Assembly: GCF_963921235.1 (NCBI RefSeq)
Contig: NC_086097.1
Location: 15,810,001 to 15,874,000 of the forward strand
Source of the DNA: Mobula hypostoma
Taxonomy: Eukaryota
DNA: 64,000 bases
Reading direction: 5' to 3'
In this document: one piece after another, positions 1 to 12,379 of the stretch
Position numbering within the stretch: the first letter of the stretch is position 1
Layout of the letters: every line of letters starts with the position of its first letter
Notes under the pieces: model-generated
Told to the model about the DNA's origin: nothing
The model's input: the letters and a program-made list of their open reading frames with translations, nothing else
The model's database searches: none
Made by a program: the position numbers and the translations under genes

Positions 1-369
1 AGAATTCCTGTTGTTTGCGTTGAAATATATATGCGTTCAGCTTCAAGCAGTCTATCATAATCACAAAAGAATTCTGAAGAAGTAACACATTTGAAAAAAA
101 TTGCTGACCAGTAAATTCGATTGAAAGGAGAAGAAATAGAACTCCAATAACCTGGCATCTGATTGTTCAGAAATCCTGATAGTCCAGCATCTGGCTCACT
201 CATTTGTGTCAGGAGTCCAGAGAGAAATCAGGGTATTGCAGAATTTGTTGTCTTTTGGACATTGTTGTTTGTGTGTTTTTTTAAATTGATTTTATTGGTG
301 TTTCTTTGTATCTAAGGATTCAAGATTCAAGATTGTTTAATGCCATTTCTAGTACACGATTTGTAACAT

Positions 370-1760
370 AAAATGAACTGTGGCACTGACACCAATTATC
401 ATGAAGTGCTATGAACAGTTGTTAAAGGCACACATCAAAAACTCCATTCCTGTCACGTTGGACACTCACCAATATGCTTTCTGACAGGACCTCTCTACGA
501 CAGATGTTATAGCATCTATCATGCACCCTGACATGCCTAGGAAACACAGACACTTATGTCAGAACGCTGTTTCTTGATTTCAGTTTGGTATTCAATCCTT
601 TTGTCCCACAGACCTCGCTGAACGAACTCCTACTCCTCGGTCTAATTACATGTCTGTACAACTGTGTACTGGACTTCCTAACCAACAGATCTCAAATAAT
701 CAGAATGCACAACGGTTCCTCCCGCCCCATCATCCTCAACATGGGAGTCCCCTAAAGGTGGGTGCTGAGCCCTTTGCTCTACACTCTGTTCACACATGAC
801 TGCCCAGCCAAACACCCGAGTAATTGCATGGTCAAGTTCACCGATGACATGACAGGGGTGGGGCTCATCATCAACAAAGATGAGACATCCTACAGAGAGG
901 AAGTGTAAAAGCTCGAGGCCTGGTGCCTGGCAAATAAACTCTTCCGTAATGTCAACAAGACAATGGAGATGGTTATCAACTTCAGGAGAACTCACACCGT
1001 GTACACTTCATGATCGATGGCACAGCAGAGGAAAATGTGAACAGTTTTAGACTCCTGGGAGTGCACATCTCACACAACCACTCATGGTTTCAGAAAACAT
1101 CCTACACAATCAAGAAGGCTCACCAACACCTCTACTTTCTGAAGAGGCTGAGGGGAGCTGCACTCTGCACGTCCATACTCAGGACCTTCTACAGGTGCTC
1201 AGTAGACAGCGTCCTAACAAGTTGCATCACTGCATAGTGTGGAAACTGCACTGTGGCGGACTGGAAGGCTCTACAATGTGTAGTTAAAACTACCAAGTGT
1301 GTCATTGGCATCAGCCCTCAAGGACGTATATGCAGAAAGGAGCGGGAAAAGGGCCCATAACATCATGAAAGATCCCTCCCACCCTGCTCATGGACTGCTT
1401 GCCCCACTCCCATTACATAGCAGCCACACAGGCCCACAAGATTCAGAAGCGGTTACTTTCTCCAAGCAGTAAGGCTGATCAACACCTCCACCCTTCTACA
1501 CCCCTAACCACCACTACTTTATTACCTCCTGTCAGTTACCTTATGCAGAGGCACTCCTGCACCGAGTGTCACTTTACAGACATACAATCAACCTTTGTAT
1601 ATAAGTTATCTTATGAATATATATTTATAGTACTTTTATTATTGTGTTCTTTATTTTATTATGTTTATTTTGTGTTGCATCAGATCTAAGTAATAATTAT
1701 TTCATTTTATGTTATAATTATGTACTGGAAATGACATTACACAATCTTGAATCTTGAATT
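370..1760 (+). mobile_element. Rex1/Babar-type LINE, 5'-truncated and decayed (RT C-terminal half plus 3' UTR)
   Basis: GVP*RWVLSPLLYTLFTHDC...KFTDD RT motifs near 741-850, KKAHQHLYFLKRL and FYRCSVDSVLT; (cttgaat)n tail at about 1745-1760. Confidence 0.85.
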
Positions 1761-1764
1761 CTTA

Positions 1765-2065
1765 AATACAAAGAAACACGATAGAATCAATGAAAAAAAA
1801 CACTTAAGACAACACGGACAAACAGACAGTGTCCAAAAGACAACAAATTGTGCAAATACAAAAGAAAAACAAAATAACAATAATAATAGGTTAATAAGTA
1901 AATACTAATACATGAGTTGCAGAAGTTTGAAAATGAGTCCATAGGTTGTGAGAACAGTTCAGTGTTGGAGTGAGTGAAGTTATTCCACTGGTACAGGAGC
2001 CAGATGGTTGAAGGGTAATAGCTGTTCCTGAACCTGGTGATGTGGGACCTAAGGCTCCTGTACGT
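1765..2065 (-). mobile_element. Rex1-like LINE 3' end
   Basis: Minus strand YRSLRSHITRFRNSYYPSTIWLL followed by the recurrent T-rich 3' UTR. Confidence 0.75.
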
Positions 2066-2154
2066 CTTTGCGAAATAAAGGTATGCAGGTTCAGGTTCCA
2101 CTGCTGTCTGGAAGGAGTTTGTACAAACGTAGGTTCTTCCCATGACTGCGTGGG

Positions 2155-3037
2155 TTTTGTGGATGATACCAAGATTGGTGGAGTTGTGGATAGTGTCGAA
2201 GACTGTCAAAGAATATAGTGGAATCAAGCTCAGTTGCAGATATGGACGGAGAAATGGCAGGTGGAGTTTAACCCGGATAAAGGTGAGGTGTTGCACCTTG
2301 GTAGGGTGAATGCAAGGACACTTAACAGTGTTGCTGAGCAGAGAGATCTTGGGGTCCAAGTACATAGTTCCATAAAAGTGGCTACACGGATCGATAGGGT
2401 GCTTAAGAAGGCTTATAGAATACTTGCTTTTATTAGTCGAGACATTGAGTTCAAAAGTCAGGAGGTTATGTTGCAACTTTATAAAACTGGTTAGGCCTCA
2501 TCGGGAGTGTTGCATACAGCTCTGGTCACCCCACTATAGGAAGGGTGTCAAGGCTTTAGACAGAGTGCAAAAGAGGTTTACCAGGATGCTGCTTGAATTG
2601 GAAGGCATGTGCTATAATAAGAGGTTGCATGGTTTTTTCTCGAGTGCGGAAGGCTGAGGGGAAATCTGATAGAGGTATATGAGAGGCATAGATAGAGTAG
2701 ACTGTGAGTCTCTTTTTCCCAGGGTAGAAATGTCTAATACCAGAGGGCATGCATTGAAGTTGGGGGGGGGCGCGGGTAGATCAAGAGGGAATGTGAGGAT
2801 TAATTTTTTTTTACTTAGAGAGTGGTGGAATGTGCTGCCTGGTACGGTGGTAGAGGCAAATACATTACAGACTTTTAAGAGATGTGCAGATAGGCACATG
2901 AATGTGAGGAAAATGGAGGGATATGGGCATTGTGTAGGTAGGAGGGATTAGTTTTTGGTTTTTACCTTGTAGCTGGTTTGGCACAATATTAAGGGCCGAA
3001 GGGCCTGTTCTGGTGCTGTGATGTTCTACGTTCTACG
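2155..3037 (+). mobile_element. CR1-type LINE 3' fragment
   Basis: FVDDTKIGG, WQVEFNPDK, QRDLGVQVHSS, WSPHYRK, TRGHALK; short tandem tail gttctacgttctacg. Confidence 0.9.
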
Positions 3038-3039
3038 GC

Positions 3040-3500
3040 CTAATGCTCCTCGGCTTTGTGTATCGCCTGATGCCGGGGCCAGGGTCGAAACGCTTGGCAG
3101 AGATGGTGCTCGGTGCTCGGTGCTCAATGTCGAAGAGGTGGTCGGAGGCTTGGAGTTTTCGGACGGACTCGGAGTCGGACTGTGGTCGGATGCTTCCGGG
3201 ATGCTGTATCGGCAAGTTGGCAGCGCTGGAGGTTTACCGTCTGCATGAGATGATGGGACTTTCGAGAGACTTTGAGACTATTACTGTGCCATGGTCTGTT
3301 CTCATCAAATTACAGTATTGCTTTTCACTGTTGTAACTATATGTTATAATTATGTGGTTTTTGTTAGTTTTAAGTCGGTTTGTCATGTGTTTTCGTGATA
3401 TCATTCTGGAAAAACATTTTTATCATTTCTTAATGCATGCATTACTAAATGACAATAAAAGGGGACTGCGTGTCTTCATATTCATAATCATAATCATAAT
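3040..3500 (+). mobile_element. Non-coding LINE-tail-type repeat, CpG-rich body, (ataatc)n tail
   Basis: CpG-rich body, T-rich UTR, aataaa and tandem cataat tail typical of non-LTR 3' ends. Confidence 0.5.
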
Positions 3501-4100
3501 GAATTCCACAGGAACATTATCAGGTTTAATTGACTTTGGGGCATAGACATTAGAAAACATGTTCTTCATAATTTGATAAGAGGAGAATGAATGACATTCT
3601 TTTTTTTCTGTATTATACATTCTACATCAAATTTATACATTGTAGATCAACTCTATGTGTGATTCTGATATTGTTTATTTTACCTTCTGTATGTACTGTT
3701 ATTGACATATATACTGTACCAGAGATATTCTCCTCCTGTTTGTAATACACACTTTTTAAAAAATCAATAAAAAGATCGAAAAAAAACATGTTTCTTTAGA
3801 TTGGTTTCATGATAATGTTTGAGGGTGTGGTGAAGCTTATGAATATTATTTATGTGTTGTAATCAATAGAAGTTACCGCTAGGAGAGCAAAGTGGTGTGA
3901 AGCTTAGTGCGTGAGTCAAGTGAGCAGATAGGAAGTGAGATTTGATATCCGTACTGAACTTGACTGCAGGTTCTGAGTCTTAACCTCTCTGCAGCATTTG
4001 TACAATGTTCCTGAAGCTTCACGTTTGGCACTGATCCCCTCATACTGTCACTGGAAGATTCTTGGGGCCCTGTGAATAGAGGTCTCTCTTCCCCAATTGG

Positions 4101-4173
4101 CAGGGTTTCCCAGTCTGGGGCCCACAGACCTCTTGGTAGGGCCTCAAGGCATAAAAAAGGTTGGGAACCCCTG
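4101..4173. mobile_element. Very short hAT-like MITE
   Basis: Ends cagggtttccca...tgggaacccctg form imperfect TIRs of the CAGGGGTTCCCAAC type. Confidence 0.5.
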
Positions 4174-4611
4174 ATCTATGGAGAGGAGCAAAAGTTAACT
4201 TTTTGGGCTGAAACTCTTCATCGGGAGTTTTATTCTCCTCAATCGATGCTGTCTGACTTATGGAGCCATAGATTTACAGAACACTACAGCACAGAAACCA
4301 TATTTTTCTATCTAGTCCCATTGACCCACACCTGAACCGTAGCCCTCTATACCTCCCTGTACTTATCCAAAGTTATCCACTGTAAAAACGGTTAAAAAAA
4401 ACCTAAATTCTGGATATCTGCGATAAAACTGAAAACGCTGGAAATACTCTACAGAGCAGGAAACCTGTACGGGGAGAAAAACAGAGTTAATGTTTCAAGT
4501 CAGTGAATCTTCATTGGAACTGGAAGAGTTAGAGGTAAGCAGATTGTAAAATGCAGAACGTTCATCAATTCCTGATAATCAGCATCTTATATTTCTCCCT
4601 CCTTGTCCTTG

Positions 4612-4897
4612 GAGCAGCATGGCAGCGTAGTGGTGACCACAACGCTTCTTTACAGTCCAGGCGACCCGGGCTGATTTCCCGCTGCTGCTTGTAAGAAGTT
4701 TGTACGTTCTCCCCGTGACTGTGTAGGTTTCCTCTGGGTGCTCCAGTTTCCTCTCTCGGTCCAAGGACCTACCAGTTGATAGGCTAATTGGCCATTGTAA
4801 ATTGTCCCGCGGTTTGGGTTAAAATCGGGGGATTGCTGGGCAATGTGGCTCAAAGAACCGGAAGGGCCTGTTTCATGCTGCATGTCAATAAATAAGC
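4612..4897 (+). mobile_element. V-SINE (HE1-like), CR1-type tail
   Basis: tRNA-like head, V-domain core gtacgttctccccgtgactg...ggtttcctctgggtgctccagtttcctc, tail gaagggcctgttt...aataaataa. Confidence 0.8.
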
Positions 4898-5294
4898 AAG
4901 TAGTCTGATGATCTCTGCTGTCTTCCACTTAATCTCAGAATTGTCGACGCTTGCCCCTTGGCTTCTTAAAACCGCTGACTATGTCCAGCGTGATCTATTT
5001 TATTGCAAGTAGCATGATAAGAATTAACATTTGGATTGCTCTGCATCATGTCAAATCAGCATGGGTTAACCATAAATCCAGTACTGTACTTGGTTTCCCA
5101 GTCCTAGCTCCCATGGAGTTCTCAGGGTAATTTACTCATTACAACCTAGAAGGAGGCTATTCAGCCCATTGAGTTGATGCCAACATTTAGCAGAGCAATT
5201 CCATTAGTCCCATTTCCTTTTTCCTTACTTCCCTATAGATCTGCAACTTATTCTCTCTCACATTCCCATCAATTCCCCATTCATTCTTTCATCA

Positions 5295-5870
5295 GGTTGA
5301 CAGGGTTGTAAAGAAAGCTTTTGTCACTTTGGCCTTCATAAGTCAAAGTACTGAGTGCAGGAGATAGGACCTTATGCTGAAGTTGTATAAGACATTGGTG
5401 AAGCCTAATTTGGAGTATCGTGTGCAGTTTTGGTCACCTACCTACAGGAAAGACGTAAATAAGGTTGAAAGTATGCAGAGAAAATTTACAAGTATGTTGC
5501 CAGGTTTGGAGGTCCTGAGTTATAAGGAAAGATTAAGTAGGTTAAGACTTGATTCCTTGGAATGTTGAAGATTGAGAGGAGATTTGATAGAGGTATATAA
5601 AATTATGAGCAGTATAGATAGGGTAAATGTAAGCAGGATTTTTCCAAGTAAGTTGGGTGGGACTACAACCAGAGGTCATGGGTTAAGGGTGAAAGGTGAA
5701 AAGTTTGACTTAAGGGGAAACTTCTTCACTCAAAAGGTCATGAGAGTGTAGAACAAGATGCAAGCACATGGGTGCATGCAAGTCTGATTTCAACGTTTAA
5801 GAGAAGTTTGGATAGGTGCGTGGATGGTAGGGGTATGGAGGTCTATGGTCCCAGTGCAGCTGGGACAGGC
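5295..5870 (+). mobile_element. CR1-type LINE 3' fragment
   Basis: LYKTLVKPNLEYRVQFWSPTYRKD, LSYKERL, TRGH motifs. Confidence 0.9.
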
Positions 5871-6329
5871 AGTTTCCTGTGCTACTACGGGTAATTTATG
5901 GCAGGTCATTCACCCACCAGCACAAGGATGTGGGAAGAAACCGGAGTGCCCAGTAGAAGCCACTCAGTCACAGGAAGAACAGGCAAACACTAAATCCAGA
6001 TCCTTAGGGCTGTGGGGGACAACTACAGCATCTCCAAATTAATTGTACAGTTCTCAGAGGTAGGGAGCAGTCATACCACTGTGGGATATGAATGGAAGCA
6101 GCCACTTTCAATGTGAAGATAATGTACAGAAACAATCAGTAAACAGGAAGCTGCATGACAGAAAATACCGACTAAATCAGATCTGAAGCATGTGAACAAT
6201 TCTGGCTATTATATTTCTAAATGAACTCAGATGGATTGGACAAGAATCAAAGCAGATCAACAAGTCTAAAGAGTGAGCTGTGAAGCTGCTGAAAGAAGTA
6301 TAAATTCTTTAGCTTGCAGCAAAGGTATA

Positions 6330-6920
6330 TTACAACAAGTTACATCAGCCTGCTATGGAAAAACCAATGCCATTGTATGGAAAGTGCTACAAAAAGTGAT
6401 GGATACGGCCCAGTCATCACGGATAAAGCCCTCCCCGCTGTTGAGCAATCTACACGAGTGCTGTCGCAGGAAAGCAGCATCCAACATCACAGACACCCAA
6501 CACCAAGGGCATGCTCTCTTCTTGCTTCTGCCATCAGGAACAAGGTAGAGGAGCCTCAGAACTCATAGAACCTGGTTCAGGAACAGTTATTCCCCCGCAA
6601 CCGTCAGGCTCTTGAACCAGTGGGGATAACTTCACTCAACTTCACTTTGTCCATCACTGAACTTTTCCCTCAACCGATGGAGTCACTTTCAAGGATTCTT
6701 CATCTAATTTTCTCGATATTCATTGCTTGTTTATTTATTATTATTATTTCTTTCTTTTTGCATTTGCACAGTTTGTTGACTTTTGTACACTGGTTCTCAT
6801 TCATTGATTTTATTATGGTTATTGGATTTATTGAGTATGCCTGCAAGGCAATGAATCTCAGGGTTGTACTTGGTGACATATATATATACTTTGATAATAA
6901 CCTTACATTGAAACTTGTGG
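6330..6920 (+). mobile_element. Rex1-like LINE 3' end
   Basis: LQKVMDTAQ, HALFLLLPSG, FRNSY motifs and recurrent 3' UTR aatgaatctcagggttgta...tttgataataa. Confidence 0.8.
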
Positions 6921-7324
6921 TAAACAATTTTTTTTATTGAGAATTGAGTAGACAGATCTGAGAAATTGTTATTTAAATATTTACAGATACAGCCTTTCCT
7001 GAATTTGTATAAGTTTAAATCATGTAAAAAGTCAACAAAACATTTTGTTAAACAGATTTTCATTAGTTGAAAGGCTTGAGTAAAATGCCTTGCAGTTATT
7101 TTGGCACAGTGTATTGCTACATGTGTGTTGTACGTGGAGAGTAGTGTACTATTTGCTACAGTGAAAGAAAGCTTCAGAAATCATAGGGACTTACCTCATA
7201 GAGATGGAAGTTCAATTGTATTTGAATACTCTGCTGCAGAAGGGCAGAGGCAACAATAGGTGGGTTGAATCGCCTTAGTAATATATTTATATTTATTTTT
7301 TAGTGTATGGGGTGTCCTTGGTGG

Positions 7325-7694
7325 TGGGGTGGAGAAATACCTCCATCAAAGGAGGTGTAAGGCGCTCTTTCCCTCTGCTAGCCTGCAGGTCATTGTTGGA
7401 CAAGATGTGGCATCTGCTTAGCCCCTGAAAGGTCACGTGAAGCCGTGGGAGCAGTGGTGGATGTTCATATGAGCAGCTGGTGCGTACCACAAGTCCTGGT
7501 TATGCGACCACTGACACCAGGCAGACAATCTCTGAAGAGTTTCGACAATGGCTGGGGTCACCCACCTTGTAAACACACTGCCCAGGAGAATACAATGGCA
7601 ACCCACTTTTGTAGAAAAATTTGCCAAGAGCAGCCACAGTCATGGAAAGACCATGATCACCCACGTCATACGACATGGCGCATAACGAATGAAC
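7325..7694 (+). mobile_element. About 360-bp non-coding retroposon with RTE/BovB-like 3' end (copy 1)
   Basis: Collinear with copies at 15535, 23162, 44670, 51170; contains caatggcaacccact...tttgcc as in RTE 3' UTRs; (gaat)n tail. Confidence 0.75.
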
Positions 7695-8930
7695 ACGTGA
7701 ACATATGGAATGTCCAGGGACGGGTAGCCCCTGTGCTAAAAGGACTTGTCATGTCCATTCTGAGGGCAGTTCACTCACCGTCGGGCCTACTGGATACTCA
7801 GCTCTCATCTGTGGCTCCAAGTAGCTGTTTGCATGTGACAGCAGCTACAGCCCAGTACACCACTTCGACAGGCGGACTAAACCAGGTGAGAGTCGCCAGT
7901 GGGCTTCTACCCAAGTGAGGTAGGGACATGCCTGTCCTAGCATGCAGTCAGCTCTGGCGGACTGGGTGGATGCGATCTACAGTGAGATCCAATGGCCAGG
8001 AAGGCAGTTCTGCGATGCTTTGTGGAGAGCGACGTGCATGACAGTGCACAGAACACGTCATGGCACCTACTGCGACCAAGGAAGACCCCAGTTTGCAACG
8101 ACTAATCGTTCCACTGGACCTGGACCTCTGAGGTTGAGGGAGTGGAACTGCCCCAGGTTTTACCACTTCAAAAACCCTCCCATACAGGTCTTCTTGTTGG
8201 ATGCGATGGACAACCAGCAGTAATTTCATTGTTAATTTGCAGCTTGTGCCTTTTCTTCCAATTGTCCTTTTGCTTCGACTGCCTGTCATGTCAGAGTACG
8301 CTCTGGAAATGTGCCAGGAGCTCTGAGGTGTAAGGGTAATGCTTAGATCGACAGCGTAAGAAAACCTTTTCCCACTTCTGTTTGATTCAACTCCATTCAG
8401 AATGACAGACCTTTTAGTCGAGGCAAAACTGTGCACACCGAAACAAACTCAAAGTCTGTCAACTATACATCTCTTCCTGGGAAAATGGTGCTGAGCTACC
8501 CTCTTGATTTGCTGCAGCGTTTCGGATGTTGTCGAGGAGAGTGTGCCAGAATGTAGACCTAGCTACTAAAAGGAACATCAATAAATTTCCACTTTAGCAT
8601 GATGCACATTTCAAATTTCAAAGTAATTTTAATATTAAAGTATTTAATACGTCACCATATACTACCCTGAGATTCATTTTCTTGCAGGCATTCGCAGTAG
8701 AATAAAGTAGTACGAAAGGATCAACGAAAAACTACACACAAATACTGACAAAAAACAATGTACAAAAGAAGTCAAACTGTGCAAATATAAAAATAATTAA
8801 TCCGATATATGGATAGATAGGTAAATAAACAATGCTGAGAATGTCAGTTGTAGAGTGCTCGAAAGTTAGTCCATAGGTTGTGGAATCAGTTCAGTGTTGA
8901 GGTGGACGTTCAATTGGAAAACATGCTCAA

Positions 8931-9807
8931 ACAACAGGAATTCTGCAGATGCTGGAAATTCAAGCAACACACATCAAAGTTGCTGGTGAACGCAGCAGGC
9001 CAGGCAGCATCTGTAGGAAGAGGTGCAGTCGACGTTTCAGGCCGAGACCCTTCATCAGGACTAACTGAAGGAAGAGTGAGTAAGGGATTTGAAAGTTGGA
9101 GGGGGAGGGGGAGATCCAAAATGATAGGAGAAGACAGGAGGGGGAGGGATAGAGCCGAGAGCTGGACAGGTGATAGGCAAAAGGGATACGAGAGGATCAT
9201 GGGACAGGAGGTCCGGGAAGAAAGACGGGGGAGGGGACCCAGAGGATGGGCAAGAGGTATATTCAGAGGGACAGAGGGAGAAAAAGGAGAGTGAGAGAAA
9301 GAATGTGTGCATAAAAATAAGTAACAGATGGGGTACGAGGGGGAGGTGGGGCCTTAGCGGAAGTTAGAGAAGTCGATGTTCATGCCATCAGGTTGGAGGC
9401 TACCCAGACGGAATATAAGGTGTTGTTCCTCCAACCTGAGTGTGGCTCCATCTTTACAGTAGAGGAGGCCGTGGATAGACATGTCAGAATGGGAATGAGA
9501 TGTGGAATTAAAATGTGTGGCCACTGGGAGATCCTGCTTTCTCTGGCGGACAGAGCGTAGATGTTCAGCAAAGCGGTCTCCCAGTCTGCGTCGGGTCTCG
9601 CCAATATATAAAAGGCCACATCGGGAGCACCGGACGCAGTATATCACCCCAGTCGACTCACAGGTGAAGTGTTGCCTCACCTGGAAGGACTGTTTGGGGC
9701 CCTGAATGGTGGTAAGGGAGGAAGTGTAAGGGCATGTGTAGCACTTGTTCAGCTTACATGGATAAGTGCCAGGAGGGAGATCAGTGGGGAGGGATGGGGG
9801 GGAACGA
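8931..9807 (-). mobile_element. Penelope-like element, young 5'-truncated copy with GIY-YIG endonuclease ORF end and terminal repeat
   Basis: ORF 9354-9824(-) has CESTGVIYCVRCSRCGLLYIGETRRRLGDRFAEH...LEEQHLIFRLGSLQPDGMN; apparent TSD atgctcaa (8923-30 and 9808-15). Confidence 0.92.
9026..9063 (-). ncRNA. Minimal type I hammerhead ribozyme of the Penelope-like element
   Basis: Minus strand tagtc-CTGATGA-agg gtctcgg cct-GAAA-cg-TC-gactg: intact core boxes, stems I and II pair, stem III reduced to palindromic ACGT. Confidence 0.8.
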
Positions 9808-10649
9808 ATGCTCAATAGGTTCACCTTAAAAGAGCCTTTTTAGAACTTGTCAGGATTGCTGGAAGACAAATAGAGAGGAATGTGAAAGGAAAAATTCAGA
9901 ACCAGAATGATGGGACTTTCCAGCTGAAAGAAGCCAGATCAGATTAAAAGGACATAAGGATGAAGTAGACCTGGTGTGTGTTAAGAAGTGAGCTACTTGA
10001 ATTACAGATCATAGAACATGGAGGGCCCAGCAGCAACAGGTTGGAAAAGCTGAGCAGGAAGTATTGCATTAATTACTGAAGCTTAAAACAATGAATTCCA
10101 CTGATGAATGACATAATACAAGTATACTAGAAGATATGAGTAATGAAAGTTGTGAGGCATTAGTAGTCCTGATAAGAGAACTTATGTACACTAGGGTTGT
10201 CATACTGGGTTTGAAGCATTGCAGCATGAATCCCATACAAAAAGTGTAACAAAACATCTTCAAGTACTTACATATCCAGTAACCAACAATGTGCAATAAA
10301 AATGGAATTGATTATGAAGGGAAAAATATAAGGACAGGTGGCATGTTGATTACTTGGGGCTCGGGGGTGGGGCGGAGAGGATGTTGCGATTGCTGAGGTG
10401 GAATGGAGGGTGTGGTGATAAGATGCAATCACCAATCAGGAAAGGGTGATGATTTGATTGATGGGTAGTTAAGAACCAAGTTGGACAAAGATTATGAGCA
10501 TTGTGAGTGGGATGTAAGTTGATACATTAGGGAAGGGATAGGGGTTGCGCAGGGGATCTGCTGAGTAACTTAAAATGTTGGGGTCCCAGTGTTGGGCTTG
10601 TATCCACTCAGGAAGGATCCTCAAAGCTTGCTGAAGCATCCTATGGATT

Positions 10650-10967
10650 TTTTTAATATATAGGCATCCATTAGTCTCATGAGACCATGGATTTACGCCT
10701 TGGAAGGTTTCCAAGGCACAGGCCTGGGCAAGGTTGTATGGAAGACCAGCAGTTGCTCATGCTGCAAGTCTCCCCTCTCCACGCCACCAATGTTGTCCAA
10801 GGAAAGGGCATTAGGACCCATACAGCTTGGCACCGGTGTCGTCGCAGATCAATGTATGGTTAAGTACCTTGCTCAAGGACACACACGCTGCCTCAGCCAA
10901 GGCTCGAACTAGCGATCTTCAAATCACTGGACAAACTCCTTAACCACTTGGATACGCGCCAACACTG
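10650..10967 (-). mobile_element. tRNA-derived SINE with CORE-like domain
   Basis: Minus strand head tggcgcgt..agtggttaagg (A box) and gttcgagcc (B box), then gtgtgtccttgagcaaggtacttaacc; TSD cctatggatt (10640-49 and 10968-77). Confidence 0.8.
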
Positions 10968-11354
10968 CCTATGGATTATTTATTATTTATTAGATGTAAG
11001 TTTATGTGGAGCAGTGGAACAAAGGGCCTCTGAGAAACCAATACATTCATCTTTAAAAGTTGTGCCAAAGGTTAGTAAGGTGGTTAAATAAAAAACAAAT
11101 TAAACACTAAAATTCATTCCCAGAGTGAGGGAACTGGAAATTAGGGAAAGAATACTAAACCAGCACTGAACCTTGATCAGGTCATTCTTGGATCACTGGC
11201 TGCAGTTCTGTTTATAATACAGGAGAGGATACAGAGACTTACAAGGATGACACCAGGAATGTGAGGTACCCATGTTAGGAGTGAATGAGCTGGCGGGCAA
11301 AACAGACACAACTCCAAGTGTGGTTTAATCATTGTCTCATTGTTTCAATGGGCT

Positions 11355-12040
11355 TATTAAATGTCAGAGAAATGTAAGCAATATACATCCTGAAATTCTT
11401 TTTCTTCGCAGACATCCACAAAAACAGGGGAGTGCCCCAAAGAATGAATGACAGTTAAATGTTAGAACCCCAAAGCCTCCCCAGCTCCCCCTCCCATGTA
11501 CAAGTAGCAGCAAGGCAATGACCGCCCGAGCAGCAAAAAGGCATCAGCACCCCCCACCTAGCACTCAAGCGTGCAGCAAAGCATCAGTAAAGACACTGAC
11601 TTGCAGTACCCCAAAAACTACACGTTTACCCGGTAATTCGACATACCACAGGCTCTCTCTATCTCCCTAATAAGAGAAAAAGAGGTGTCTCCGTTTCACA
11701 GCGAGAGGGGAGACATAACAAACAACTCATTGATTTACGATGTTAAACGTCTGTTGCATTGCTTTTGCCAAGCTCTGCACCCGGAGAGTGGGCACCAGAA
11801 AGGCGTAGCTCTCCGGGCACACAACCCCTGGCAGCTAGCCTGCTGCTTCTGTGTTCTACCACGACGCTCCAGTCAGGGACCCCGGCATAGAATCAGCACA
11901 TCCCCAAAGCCACAAAATCCCGGAACCCTGAAGGTGCACTCGTCTTCCAGGCTGAGTCCTTTGGATATCAAAAAGCGGCTGGTCGCGAGGCCCTGACAGC
12001 GGGTCCCATTCCTGCAAAGAACCGAAGTCAGAGTGTAACA
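11355..12040 (-). mobile_element. Non-coding LINE-derived element, same family as 21103-21913
   Basis: Shares aatgtcaga..aatatacatcctgaaa, gcgagagggg..aacaaacaac..tttacgatgtt and cccattcc..aaagaaccgaag blocks with the 21-kb copy. Confidence 0.7.
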
Positions 12041-12379
12041 TTCCCTTCTGTCTACACAATGTCTATATCCTCACATTTTCTGCACATTAATGTGCCTATC
12101 TAAACTTCTTGAACACGAGAAAATCTGCAGATCCTGGAAATCTTGAATGCTTCCATAGCCCTAACCCCGACCAGCTTCCCTGCAGTGCATTTCAGGTACC
12201 CATTATTCATTTACCCTGCACGTCTCCTTTGAACTTACCTCCTCAAACCTTAAATGCATTAGACATAGACATTTCATCCCTGGGAAAGAGATGCCAGCTG
12301 TCAATATATACAGGTCCCTCTCATAATCTTATAAACCTCCGTCCGATTTCCCCTCCGTTGCTCCAAAGAAAACAACTCT

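Noticed and set aside
1787..2476. 229-aa minus-strand ORF
   Set aside because: Chimera of antisense CR1, a SINE fragment and a Rex1-like 3' end.
9354..9824. GIY-YIG nuclease as a host or domesticated gene
   Set aside because: Truncated at the insertion boundary, embedded in a Penelope element with TSD, and a decayed paralog lies at 25.9 kb.
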